From positions 283,299-347,298 of the forward strand of contig JADJTW010000002.1 in NCBI GenBank assembly GCA_016710965.1: a DNA stretch of 64,000 nt, read 5' to 3'. The position numbers were made by a program, and so were the translations under genes. Of the stretch, positions 31,613 to 40,203 are shown in pieces. This DNA is from Flavobacteriales bacterium (GTDB lineage Bacteria > Bacteroidota > Bacteroidia > Flavobacteriales_F > PHOS-HE28). Below the pieces are notes generated by a model. It saw only the letters and a list, made by a program, of their open reading frames with translations, was not told where the DNA came from and did not search any database. Position 1 is the first letter of the stretch; the number at the start of each line of letters is the position of its first letter.

Positions 31613-31806
31613 CAGCGCGCGGAGCCATTGTCCTCTTCCTATTCGGAGCTCTGCTACTGATCATCGGTGGACTGTTCAAGATCCAGCACTGGCCGTATGC
31701 CGGTGAGCAACTCATGGCTGGCACGTTGCTCCAAGCTATTGCTGTGGTTGTGTTCGCGATCAAGGTCTCGCGCTACCCCGGCTTCAAGGAATTCCTGGAC
31801 CGCTGA
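31609..31806 (+). CDS. small two-helix membrane protein (hypothetical)
   Basis: ATGA overlap with the VOC stop; two hydrophobic helices. Confidence 0.45.
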   Translation: MTARGAIVLFLFGALLLIIGGLFKIQHWPYAGEQLMAGTLLQAIAVVVFAIKVSRYPGFKEFLDR

Positions 31807-31811
31807 GCACC

Positions 31812-32276
31812 TCAAGGAACTCTTACCCGCTCCGTGCTGCGGCCATGGCAACGATTACAGGCGCCATCCCGGATGGATTCAGTCATAAAGGCTGTATCAC
31901 CGCTGTAGATCACCGCTGGGAACAAACCGCTACCGAAGGCCACGCTGGATGATGTGTAGATGTTGCCAGTACCGTCGCTTTGCAGCGTTTGCCGCACTTC
32001 ACCATGGCCCAATGGCGCTGTGAAAAGAGCCACTTGCACTCCGCTCATCGGCTGCTGACCGTTGGTGTTGTAGATGGTGCCCGCCACATTCCAGCAGATC
32101 TCGCCTTCACCGTCGGGAAGATGGCAACGCATGCAATTCTCACCGGCATTGTGGCTGTGCCTGCTTGCCGAGCTCAGGGGTCCCGGTTCGCACTTTCCGT
32201 GCTTGCACGATTCCATGCACGCCAGCAACAACCCCAAGCAAAGGATATCGAACGCGCGTGATCCAGCATTTCCCAC
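31812..32276 (-). CDS. putative lipoprotein with two CxxCH motifs flanking a transthyretin/CarboxypepD_reg-like beta domain (possible small dihaem c-type cytochrome)
   Basis: Lipobox 'LLLAC'; 'NCMRCH' and 'CNRCH'; 'GTIYNTNGQQPMSGVQVALF'. Confidence 0.5.
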   Translation of the reverse strand: MGNAGSRAFDILCLGLLLACMESCKHGKCEPGPLSSASRHSHNAGENCMRCHLPDGEGEICWNVAGTIYNTNGQQPMSGVQVALFTAPLGHGEVRQTLQSDGTGNIYTSSSVAFGSGLFPAVIYSGDTAFMTESIRDGACNRCHGRSTERVRVP

Positions 32277-32356
32277 CGGACCAAGGTAGTCCTGCCCTAG
32301 ACGCTCCTCTACTGACTATCGTCAGATCGAAGGAACTTCAGCGCTCACTCCAGCGA

Positions 32357-32749
32357 TCAGTAAGAGCGCTGCGCCACCAAGGCGCCGTCATCGTACTGTT
32401 CGGCCTGCGCCAGCACACCAGCTGCGTAGATGAGCTTTCCCGTTGTCCGGTCATCGGCATTGCGGAATTCCCACACACCTTGGCGCTGCCCGTTGCGGAA
32501 ACCTGCTTGGGCAAGCAAGGCGCCTACGTCACTATACTGCCTCCATACACCATCGCGGCGACCGTTCTTGAAGCATCCTATCTCCTTCACCCGGCCATTC
32601 TCGTGGTAGGTGATGAAATGGATGCGGCCGCCTTCGCTGTAACGGGTCGCGCGCAGCGTACCGTCGGGCCAGCGCTCCTGACCAAGGATTTCTTGGGCAG
32701 AGGATGCTTGGGCCAGCAGCAGTACGAATAGAATCAGGAGCGAGCGCAT
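32357..32749 (-). CDS. MORN-repeat (YwqK-like) secreted protein
   Basis: Signal peptide MRSLLILFVLLLAQASSAQ. Repeated 'DG..R.Y..GG.I...Y.ENGR', 'NGRRDGVWRQYSD', 'NGQRQGVWEF' MORN variants. Confidence 0.7.
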   Translation of the reverse strand: MRSLLILFVLLLAQASSAQEILGQERWPDGTLRATRYSEGGRIHFITYHENGRVKEIGCFKNGRRDGVWRQYSDVGALLAQAGFRNGQRQGVWEFRNADDRTTGKLIYAAGVLAQAEQYDDGALVAQRSY

Positions 32750-32843
32750 GGTGAACGGGTTTCCCCTTGGTACGCCCGAAGATAGGGATATGTTCACCAT
32801 GAATTAACATAGTCATAACATTGATTTATCCGCTCTCAATTGT

Positions 32844-34184
32844 TCACTGCGGATCATTGGCCTCAACAATGGGCGCTTGGCGCCTTAACCACATGTATCC
32901 GAGCCCGCCGGAGACAAACGATGCGAGAAGGATTCCCAGTTTGGCCTCCTGTTGCAAGTCGGTATCCTTGAAAGCCAGTTCGTTCACGAAGAGTGACATG
33001 GTGAATCCTACCCCAGCCATGAAGGCAGCTCCGATAAGGTGTTGCCAAGTGAATAAGGGGCCTATGCGTGCCCAGCCCATTCGCACCAGCAACCAGCACA
33101 TCAGCAGGATACCTATGGGTTTACCCAAAAGCAGACCCAGACCCACGCCGATCGTGACCGTACCGGTAAGCGCCGAGCCCAGGTCATGCGGCAGCTCCAC
33201 ACCAGCGTTCGCCAGTGCGAAAAGCGGCATCACCACGAACATCACCAACGGTCGCAGGTTGCTCTCCAGCCGCTGCAACGGAGTCTCCGCACTTTCACTG
33301 GCATCCTCGATCTTCTCGATCATATGCAACTGTTCCTCGGTCAACGTGGGGAGCTTGTTGGGCCTTAGCGCTGCGAATTCGCGCACGTAGACCGTGATGC
33401 GATCGATGTAGGTGCGTTCGTCCAGCTTGGTCACTGCTGGAATGGCGAAAGCCGCCAGGACACCAGCGACCGTGGCGTGTATACCGCTAAGCATGAATGC
33501 GGTCCACATGCCTCCGATGCCGATCACTGCATAGTACCATGGGTTCCTTACACCAAGAAGGTTCCCGGCCAGTAGCATGATCATGAACCCGGCCCCTATC
33601 TCAAGGTTGATGAGGCTGATATCGGAAGTGTAGAAGATGGCGATCACCAGTACGGCACCCAGATCATCGGCAATGGCGAGCGTGGTGATGAAAACCTTCA
33701 ACGCGACCGGTACGCGTCTTCCCAAGAGCGCCATCAACCCCATAGCGAAGGCGATGTCCGTGGCCATGGGAATTCCCCATCCGGCGTGGGCTGGCCCTGA
33801 TGGATTGAACATCAGGAAGATGAGGGCTGGCACGATCATACCTCCGATCCCTGCAGCTACGGGCAGTATTGCATTGCGTGACTGCGACAGTTCTCCGCGT
33901 ACAACCTCCCGCTTCAGTTCGAGCCCGACCAGGAAGAAGAACAAGGCCATCAGGCCGTCATTGATCCAATGGTGCAACGTGCGCTCCAGCTTCCACTGGT
34001 CCACGCTGATCGAGATCGTATGCTCCCACAGATGATGATAGCTCTCCTTCCAAGGCGAATTGGCCCAGACCATGGCCACTAAGGCCATCAGGAACAGCAA
34101 TGCACCACCCGTCGATTGGTCACGCAAGAATTCCTTGAACGGTACGCTGAAGCGATCAATCGGGGACTGACGCATGGCCAGCAA
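32844..34184 (-). CDS. nhaA: Na+/H+ antiporter NhaA
   Basis: 'HHWINDGLMALFFFLVGLELKRE', 'GIPMATDIAFA', 'AIADDLGAVLVIAIFY' NhaA signatures. Confidence 0.9.
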   Translation of the reverse strand: MLAMRQSPIDRFSVPFKEFLRDQSTGGALLFLMALVAMVWANSPWKESYHHLWEHTISISVDQWKLERTLHHWINDGLMALFFFLVGLELKREVVRGELSQSRNAILPVAAGIGGMIVPALIFLMFNPSGPAHAGWGIPMATDIAFAMGLMALLGRRVPVALKVFITTLAIADDLGAVLVIAIFYTSDISLINLEIGAGFMIMLLAGNLLGVRNPWYYAVIGIGGMWTAFMLSGIHATVAGVLAAFAIPAVTKLDERTYIDRITVYVREFAALRPNKLPTLTEEQLHMIEKIEDASESAETPLQRLESNLRPLVMFVVMPLFALANAGVELPHDLGSALTGTVTIGVGLGLLLGKPIGILLMCWLLVRMGWARIGPLFTWQHLIGAAFMAGVGFTMSLFVNELAFKDTDLQQEAKLGILLASFVSGGLGYMWLRRQAPIVEANDPQ

Positions 34185-34215
34185 GATACCGTTGCTTTGC
34201 CAGGCTAGCCCCGGC

Positions 34216-35043
34216 CTAGAACGCCAACCTACCCTGCTGCTCCATGGAGAGGCGCAACTGGCTCACCTCCTTGCGCAGTTCCACCACGCTGCGCGCCAGT
34301 TCATCGCGGCTCATGTTCGGCTCGGGCAATTCCGCGCTGATGAAGTGGACGAACTTCCAGATCTCGAGCACGTTGGCCACTGGCACCTCGTAAGGCGCGT
34401 AGAGCGGATTGGTGCTGCACAGGAGCAAATTGCCTTTGTCCTTCAATTGGTTGTACACCACTTTGAAGACGATACCGTCCTCCTTGGTCACCACGAGGTA
34501 AGGCTGGCCATCGCGGACGGTCTGCCAGTTCTGCACGTACTCGCCGGTCACCCACGATCCGTCGGCAACGGGCGGCATGCTGTCCCCGCTGATCTGGAAG
34601 GTGCGGTACTTGCGGTCCCGCGCCAGAAAAGGCATCTGGAAAGTGGGCAGGATGCTGATGTACTCCGGATCGGCGTAGCCCAGCGCATAGCCGGCCTTCG
34701 CCTTCTCGGGCACCAGTTCCACGTTCTCGCGGTCCTCGCTGTTCACGGTGGTGGCCAGCACGCGCAGGCGACGACCACTGAGATCGATGTCGCCGCCACG
34801 CTCGATCACCCCGATCTGGCTTTCGCTCAGTGCGGTGAGGTCATCGCGCAGCAACTTGTCCACGCTGACCTTGAAGTATTCGCTCATGCGCACGAGCAGA
34901 TCGAACGACGGCTCGGCGCTGCCGTTCTCATAGCCGCTGTAGCTGGAGCGTTTCACTTCAAGGGCGATGGCCGTTTCCTCCTGGGAACGGCCGCGACGGG
35001 AGCGGAGCAATTTGATATTGGCTCCGAAGACTGCGTTTGCCAT
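34216..35043 (-). CDS. XRE-family HTH transcriptional regulator fused to S24 (LexA/CI-like) peptidase domain
   Basis: ATG at 35043. HTH 'NIKLLRSRRGRSQEETAIALEVKRSSYSGYENG'. C-terminal S24 region 'ISGDSMPPVADGSWV...LVVTKEDGIVFKVV'. Confidence 0.8.
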   Translation of the reverse strand: MANAVFGANIKLLRSRRGRSQEETAIALEVKRSSYSGYENGSAEPSFDLLVRMSEYFKVSVDKLLRDDLTALSESQIGVIERGGDIDLSGRRLRVLATTVNSEDRENVELVPEKAKAGYALGYADPEYISILPTFQMPFLARDRKYRTFQISGDSMPPVADGSWVTGEYVQNWQTVRDGQPYLVVTKEDGIVFKVVYNQLKDKGNLLLCSTNPLYAPYEVPVANVLEIWKFVHFISAELPEPNMSRDELARSVVELRKEVSQLRLSMEQQGRLAF

Positions 35044-35095
35044 GTTGAGTGGGGTTCTGTTTGTGCCTAGGGCTGTCTGGTGCGATCTGCTGGGC

Positions 35096-35668
35096 TTATG
35101 CCTCGTGTGGCCTGAAGCCGATGGTCTTGCGTGACTGCTCGGCAGGCGAGACCATGGCCGTGATATGATCGAAGAGGGTTTGGATCTCCTCATCGTGCCC
35201 ACCGACGTGAGCTTCCAACTGCTCCAACTTCTGGAGGTTCTCCCGATGCGAGAGGAGCACTTCGCGCATGCGGGTGAACACGCGGATGATCTGGATGTTG
35301 ACCAAGATGGCCTGCTCGCTGTTCAACACACTTGAAAGCATGGCCACGCCTTGCTCGGTAAAGGCCATGGGGAGGTACTTGGTGTGCGCTCCTTGCTTTA
35401 AGGTGCCAAATTGGCTCCTTAGAAAATCGTTCTCTTCTTCAGTGAGTTCGAACATGAAATCCTCCGGGAATCGGCCCAGGTTCCTGCGCACCTGCCGCTT
35501 GAGTTGTTTGGTGTCCACCCCGTAGAGCTCGGCCAGATCGCGGTCCAGCATCACCTTCTGCCGACGCAGAACATGGATACGACCCGTGATAGCCACGTCG
35601 GCTGGGGGCGCTGCCTTGTAAGGAGCGGGCGGTTCCATTGCCAGGGTATCCGTCAAGGTGGTGTGCAT
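35096..35668 (-). CDS. ORF6N (KilA-N-like) domain protein, copy 1
   Basis: 'ITGRIHVLRRQKVMLDRDLAELYGV.TKQLKRQVRRNLGRFPEDFMFELT', '...SQFGTLKQG..KYLPMAFTEQGVAMLSSVL'. Confidence 0.75.
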   Translation of the reverse strand: MHTTLTDTLAMEPPAPYKAAPPADVAITGRIHVLRRQKVMLDRDLAELYGVDTKQLKRQVRRNLGRFPEDFMFELTEEENDFLRSQFGTLKQGAHTKYLPMAFTEQGVAMLSSVLNSEQAILVNIQIIRVFTRMREVLLSHRENLQKLEQLEAHVGGHDEEIQTLFDHITAMVSPAEQSRKTIGFRPHEA

Positions 35669-35712
35669 GGTCCTTGTTATTGTCGAATAGCTGCCTGTTG
35701 CCTTGCTGATCC

Positions 35713-36336
35713 TCACGCATCATCGGGTTTGAAGCCGATGGCCTTGCGCTGTTCAGGCTGCGAGACCATGGCCGTTAGATGATCGAAGAGGGCTTGGATC
35801 TCCTCGTCATGTCCACCCACACGGGCTTCCAACTGCTCCAATTTCTGGAGGACATCCCGGTTCGAGAGCAACACTTCGCGCATGCGGGCGAACACGCGGA
35901 TGATGTGGATGCTCACCACGATGGCCTGCTCGCTACGCAGCACATTGGCCAGCATGAGGATACCATGCTCGGTGAAAGCGAAGGGGGCGTACTTAATGTT
36001 CTGTCCTTGTTTCAAGGTCGCAAATTGCGACCTTGAAACTCCTTCAGGTCCAATGGTATCATCCCTTTGGCCCTGGTTCAAGGTCACAATTTGTGACCTT
36101 GAAATTTCCGCCTCCTGCACAGTCAGTTCGAACATGAAGTCCTCGGGGAAGCGCTCCATGTTCCGGCGCACCTGCTCTTTTAGTCGCTTCACCTCAACCC
36201 CATAGAGTTCGGCGAGGTCGCGGTCCAGCATCACCTTCTGGCCACGCAGAACATGGATACGGCCCGTGATGGCGACGTCGGCTGGGGGCGCTGCCTTGTA
36301 AGGAGCGGGCGGTTCCATTGCCAGGGTATCCGTCAT
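35713..36336 (-). CDS. ORF6N (KilA-N-like) domain protein, copy 2, with in-frame 22-codon internal duplication
   Basis: Paralogous to copy 1 (identical 'MEPPAPYKAAPPADVAITGRIHVLR'). It contains 'SRSQIVTLNQGQ...SRSQFATLKQGQ' duplicated. Confidence 0.75.
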   Translation of the reverse strand: MTDTLAMEPPAPYKAAPPADVAITGRIHVLRGQKVMLDRDLAELYGVEVKRLKEQVRRNMERFPEDFMFELTVQEAEISRSQIVTLNQGQRDDTIGPEGVSRSQFATLKQGQNIKYAPFAFTEHGILMLANVLRSEQAIVVSIHIIRVFARMREVLLSNRDVLQKLEQLEARVGGHDEEIQALFDHLTAMVSQPEQRKAIGFKPDDA

Positions 36337-36458
36337 GATCTTGGCCTGTTATCCGGCACAAGTATATGGCCAATTACCCGGAATGATACCGACGGATAAT
36401 CCGTCAACAGGTTTCTGTTGATCTGAATCGGGCACTTGAACCTTGGCTTCTAACTGTC

Positions 36459-38849
36459 CTATGCCTCGGTGGCCTCCCGCTTCACCCAAGCCTGCACCAT
36501 CCTCAGTTGCCCGTAGCTGAAACGGCCGTCGAAGTAGCCTTGCGCGGCGTTGAGCCCCTGGTCCTTGTTCTCCCGCATCCAGCTGGCAATGAGGTCGCGC
36601 TCGGCCTCGGGCATCAGGCCATGGATCTCCAGAACGCCCTCTGCTATGCCGCGCGCAAAATGCCCCTCGATGGTGGTCTTCGCCATCTGGCGCTTGGCGG
36701 CAATTTCCTCCAGCTTCAATCCCTCCTTCACCAACCCATAGGTGACGTTGTAGGTATTGCCGATCTCTTCCTTGGTACGACGTGATGTACGACCCTTTCC
36801 ACCATCACCAAGGATATCATCCAAGCTCGACCGCTTCCGCTTCTTGCCGCTCTTGGTGCTCGCCTTCGGCCTGTGCTCTTCCGCCCATGCACGTACCTCT
36901 CCTACCATCGCGGCGCGCTTCGCGGCCAGGCCCTGTTCGATGTCGGCTTGCTTCTTCACTTCTTCTCCGTTGTGAATACAGGTAGTGAGGTAGCCCACCT
37001 TGGCGATGGTGGCCACCTTCTTCATCAGCATGCCATCGATCTCCTTCAGCGCGTTGGTGTATTCCTTGGTCTTGCTGAGCATCTCGGCCTGTGCCATGTG
37101 CTGGAAGAGCGACTTCATCTGCTTCTGCAGCATGTCGCCGTAATACGCACCGCCCTTCTCGATGCGCACCAGCAATTCATCGCGCTTGTCCTCGTGCAGC
37201 AGGCGAATCAGTTGCCCACGGAACTTCTGCGTATTCTCTTCTTCGCTGCGAAGCTTCTCCCGGAAAAGCATCAGCGCGGTCTTCATGCTCTCGTCCTCGA
37301 ACTCGGCCGTTTCCGGATGGTCCTTCTGCGTGTACTCCACCTTCCGCAGCATGTCGCTGAAGTCGAAGGTGCCTGCGAGCAGCAGTTTCAAATACTCGCG
37401 CTGACTGGCCTTCAATTGCTGCGGAAGCGGTTCTTGCTCAAAGCCCCGGTTGGTGAAAGCAACCACATCCCTATCGCTGCTTACCACGCTGGTATCGATG
37501 CGCGTACGGAGTATCAATCCATCCAGCGAGCGCAAACGTGATAGCGCGACATACACCTGGCCGGGTGCGAAGGCGGAGCCCACGTCGATGATAGCCTTGG
37601 TGAAGGTGAGGCCCTGGCTTTTGTGTACGGTGATGGCCCATGCGAGCTTGATGGGATACTGCTCAAACGTTCCGAGGACTTCTTCGTCCTGTTGCTTGGT
37701 GCTCGCGTTCACCACGTAGCGCTTGTTCTCCCAGATCTCACGCTTCAACTTGTACGGCTCGCCGGTATCCATGCGCACCATGATGCCATCCTTGTCCAGC
37801 GACTCCACCTTGGCAAGCTTGCCGTTGAAGTAGGCCTTCTCCATGTCGTTCTTCACGAACATGACCTGCGCGCCCACTTTCAGCTCGACACGTGAGAGCA
37901 CCGGATACATGCTCTCCGGAAAATCGCCCTCCACCTCGGCCTCGAACGTGTGCGACTTGCCGGGCAGTTGGGCCAGCGCGCGCTGGTTCAAGTCGTCGGC
38001 CTTGTAGTTGTGGGTGGTCAATGTGATCACCCCTTCGCTATCCTCGGTCGTGATCTCCGGTTTGTAGTGCTTGTTCAGTTCGGCCACGTCCTCCTGCGTG
38101 ACGGTGTTGTTGCGCAGGTTGTTGAGGATGTGGATGAAGTTGCCATCCTGTTGCCGGAAGATCTTGTCCAGCTCGATGTGCGCGTAGCCGTGCTCGCGGA
38201 TCACCTTGCTCTCGAAGAAGTGCGGGCTGGCGTACCAACGCTTCAGCACGCGCAGCTCATCGTCCTTCACCACGGGTGGCAACTGGTAGAGATCGCCGAT
38301 GAGCAGCACTTGCGCACCACCGAAGCTCTGGTAGCGGTTCTGGCGCACAGCCCGCATGCGAAAGTCGATGGCATCGAGCAGGTCAGCACGCAGCATGCTC
38401 ACCTCATCAATGATGAGCAGGTCCACTTCGCGCAGCACATTGCGGCGAATGGCATTCAATGGATGTCTTCGCGTGAGCGTGTCCTGGTCGTGGAACTGGC
38501 CGGTGATGTCAGCCGGCAATTGCCGCTCCGGGATGAATGATCCGAAGGGCAGCAGGAATTGCGAGTGGATGGTGACGCCCTTGGCGTTGAGCGCTGCGAT
38601 GCCTGTTGGCGCCAGGATCACATAACGCTTGTGCGTGCTGGCAGCAAGCTGATGCAGGAAAGTCGTCTTGCCAGTGCCCGCCTTGCCGGTGAGGAAGACG
38701 TGCCGGTTCGTGCTGTTGACAAAGCGCGCGGCCAGTGTGGCCATCTCGGTCTCTTCCAGCAGTTCGCCCGTCATCGGGCGCAAGTTCGCGCTCACAGGCG
38801 CAACGGAAGAACGGACCGTGGAGGGGGTACCAACTACTTCAACGGACAT
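36459..38849 (-). CDS. PIF1/RecD-like AAA helicase with C-terminal helix-turn-helix domain
   Basis: Walker A 'FLTGKAGTGKTTFL'; 'LLIIDEVSMLRADLLD'; 'LLIGDLYQLPPV'; 'AWAITVHKSQGLTF...VYVALSRLRSLDGLIL'; C-terminal HTH region. Confidence 0.85.
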   Translation of the reverse strand: MSVEVVGTPSTVRSSVAPVSANLRPMTGELLEETEMATLAARFVNSTNRHVFLTGKAGTGKTTFLHQLAASTHKRYVILAPTGIAALNAKGVTIHSQFLLPFGSFIPERQLPADITGQFHDQDTLTRRHPLNAIRRNVLREVDLLIIDEVSMLRADLLDAIDFRMRAVRQNRYQSFGGAQVLLIGDLYQLPPVVKDDELRVLKRWYASPHFFESKVIREHGYAHIELDKIFRQQDGNFIHILNNLRNNTVTQEDVAELNKHYKPEITTEDSEGVITLTTHNYKADDLNQRALAQLPGKSHTFEAEVEGDFPESMYPVLSRVELKVGAQVMFVKNDMEKAYFNGKLAKVESLDKDGIMVRMDTGEPYKLKREIWENKRYVVNASTKQQDEEVLGTFEQYPIKLAWAITVHKSQGLTFTKAIIDVGSAFAPGQVYVALSRLRSLDGLILRTRIDTSVVSSDRDVVAFTNRGFEQEPLPQQLKASQREYLKLLLAGTFDFSDMLRKVEYTQKDHPETAEFEDESMKTALMLFREKLRSEEENTQKFRGQLIRLLHEDKRDELLVRIEKGGAYYGDMLQKQMKSLFQHMAQAEMLSKTKEYTNALKEIDGMLMKKVATIAKVGYLTTCIHNGEEVKKQADIEQGLAAKRAAMVGEVRAWAEEHRPKASTKSGKKRKRSSLDDILGDGGKGRTSRRTKEEIGNTYNVTYGLVKEGLKLEEIAAKRQMAKTTIEGHFARGIAEGVLEIHGLMPEAERDLIASWMRENKDQGLNAAQGYFDGRFSYGQLRMVQAWVKREATEA

Positions 38850-38988
38850 CGATTAAGGTTGAACCGGACGGCTCCGGTTGTCACTGACGAGAAAAGCGTC
38901 ATCCGGCACGGGCAGAAGATATGGCCGGAAACCAACGAGCCGTTGGCCTCTTCGCCAACGGCTCGTTCACCGGGGATCGTTGATCGGC

Positions 38989-40203
38989 CTAGCGCGCGAC
39001 CGCGAAGGCGACAGACCGGGCACCGATGCGCGCGTGATAGAACCCAACAGGCAATGCCGAGACATCAACGTGCGCACGCATGCCTGCGATGCGCTCCACA
39101 AGGACGACACGACCGATGGCATCGCGCACTTCGAGCCGCGCATTCGCGGTCTCCTCCAGGAGGGCGATTTCGATCGTGCTTGAAGCGGGGTTGGGGAAAA
39201 GGCTGAAAGATCTTGCTTCGCTCTCGGCGATGCCGATGTTCACATCGCTGATTCGCGTCAGGCCGGTGCTGGTGGTCACCCACACGTCGTCGTTGCTGCT
39301 GATGGCCATGCGGCGCACATTGGGACCGGCGAGCCCATCGCTCTCCTCGAATTGCGTCCAGACGGTGCCATCGTACACGCTCACACCGCCCACGGTCACC
39401 AGGTAGTCCACATAGATCCCGGCCCAGATACGGCCATGATCGTCCACATGCACGTCGGTGATGGGGTTGAGCGTGTCTGGCGGAGCCATGATGAAGGGAC
39501 GCGTGTGGTTTCCGGTGTGAACGTTGGATGCATCGAGCACGCTGATCCCTTCGGCCGTGCCCACCCACTTATTGCCCGCCCCATCGATGGCGATGCCGCG
39601 CACGCGGTTGCTCACGAGGCCCGCTCCGGTGCTGTATGGTGCGAAGGTGCTGCCGTCGAACTCGATGGCGCCACCCAAGCCGCCACTGATCCACACATCG
39701 CCGTTGGTGGCGAATGCGGTGTGCAGCGCGCCGCCGAAGGGGATGTTGGGCGTGGTGTACTCCGTGAACGTTCCACCGTTGTACTTCGTCGCACCATTGA
39801 TGGTGGCAAACCATATGTCGCCGTTGGGCGCCTGCTTGATGTTCCTCACCTCATTGTCGCCGAGCCCATCAGCTATCGTATAGGTGGTGTAGGTGCTGCC
39901 GTCGAAACGGCTGGCGCCGAAGTCGGTGCCCGCCCACACATCACCATTGCTCATCACCGCTACGGCCATCACATCATTGCTGGCAAGGCCGGGGTGGGTG
40001 GTGGTATTGTGCGTGGTGAAGGTGGTCCCATCGAACATCGCGACACCGTTACCTGTAGCGATCCAGATATTGCCGTCGGGAGCGATGGCAACATCGCGTA
40101 AGTCGTCAGTCGGCAAGCCGTCCGAGGTGTGCCAATTGGTGAAGGTCTGTGCCTGTGCCGCAGCGGCGATGGCGATCGCGAGGAAGGTGATGAGCTTCGT
40201 CAT
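38989..40203 (-). CDS. two-component-regulator propeller (Reg_prop) repeat protein with T9SS type A sorting domain
   Basis: Signal peptide. ~8 repeats 'DGNIWIATGNGVAMFDGTTFTTY...'. C-terminal 'FSLFPNPASSTIEIAL...'. Confidence 0.75.
   Translation of the reverse strand: MTKLITFLAIAIAAAAQAQTFTNWHTSDGLPTDDLRDVAIAPDGNIWIATGNGVAMFDGTTFTTHNTTTHPGLASNDVMAVAVMSNGDVWAGTDFGASRFDGSTYTTYTIADGLGDNEVRNIKQAPNGDIWFATINGATKYNGGTFTEYTTPNIPFGGALHTAFATNGDVWISGGLGGAIEFDGSTFAPYSTGAGLVSNRVRGIAIDGAGNKWVGTAEGISVLDASNVHTGNHTRPFIMAPPDTLNPITDVHVDDHGRIWAGIYVDYLVTVGGVSVYDGTVWTQFEESDGLAGPNVRRMAISSNDDVWVTTSTGLTRISDVNIGIAESEARSFSLFPNPASSTIEIALLEETANARLEVRDAIGRVVLVERIAGMRAHVDVSALPVGFYHARIGARSVAFAVAR

Noticed and set aside
36873-38540. 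Plus-strand ORFs 36873..37541 and 37950..38540 inside the helicase gene
   Set aside because: Antisense to a helicase with unambiguous Walker A/B and PIF1 motifs.
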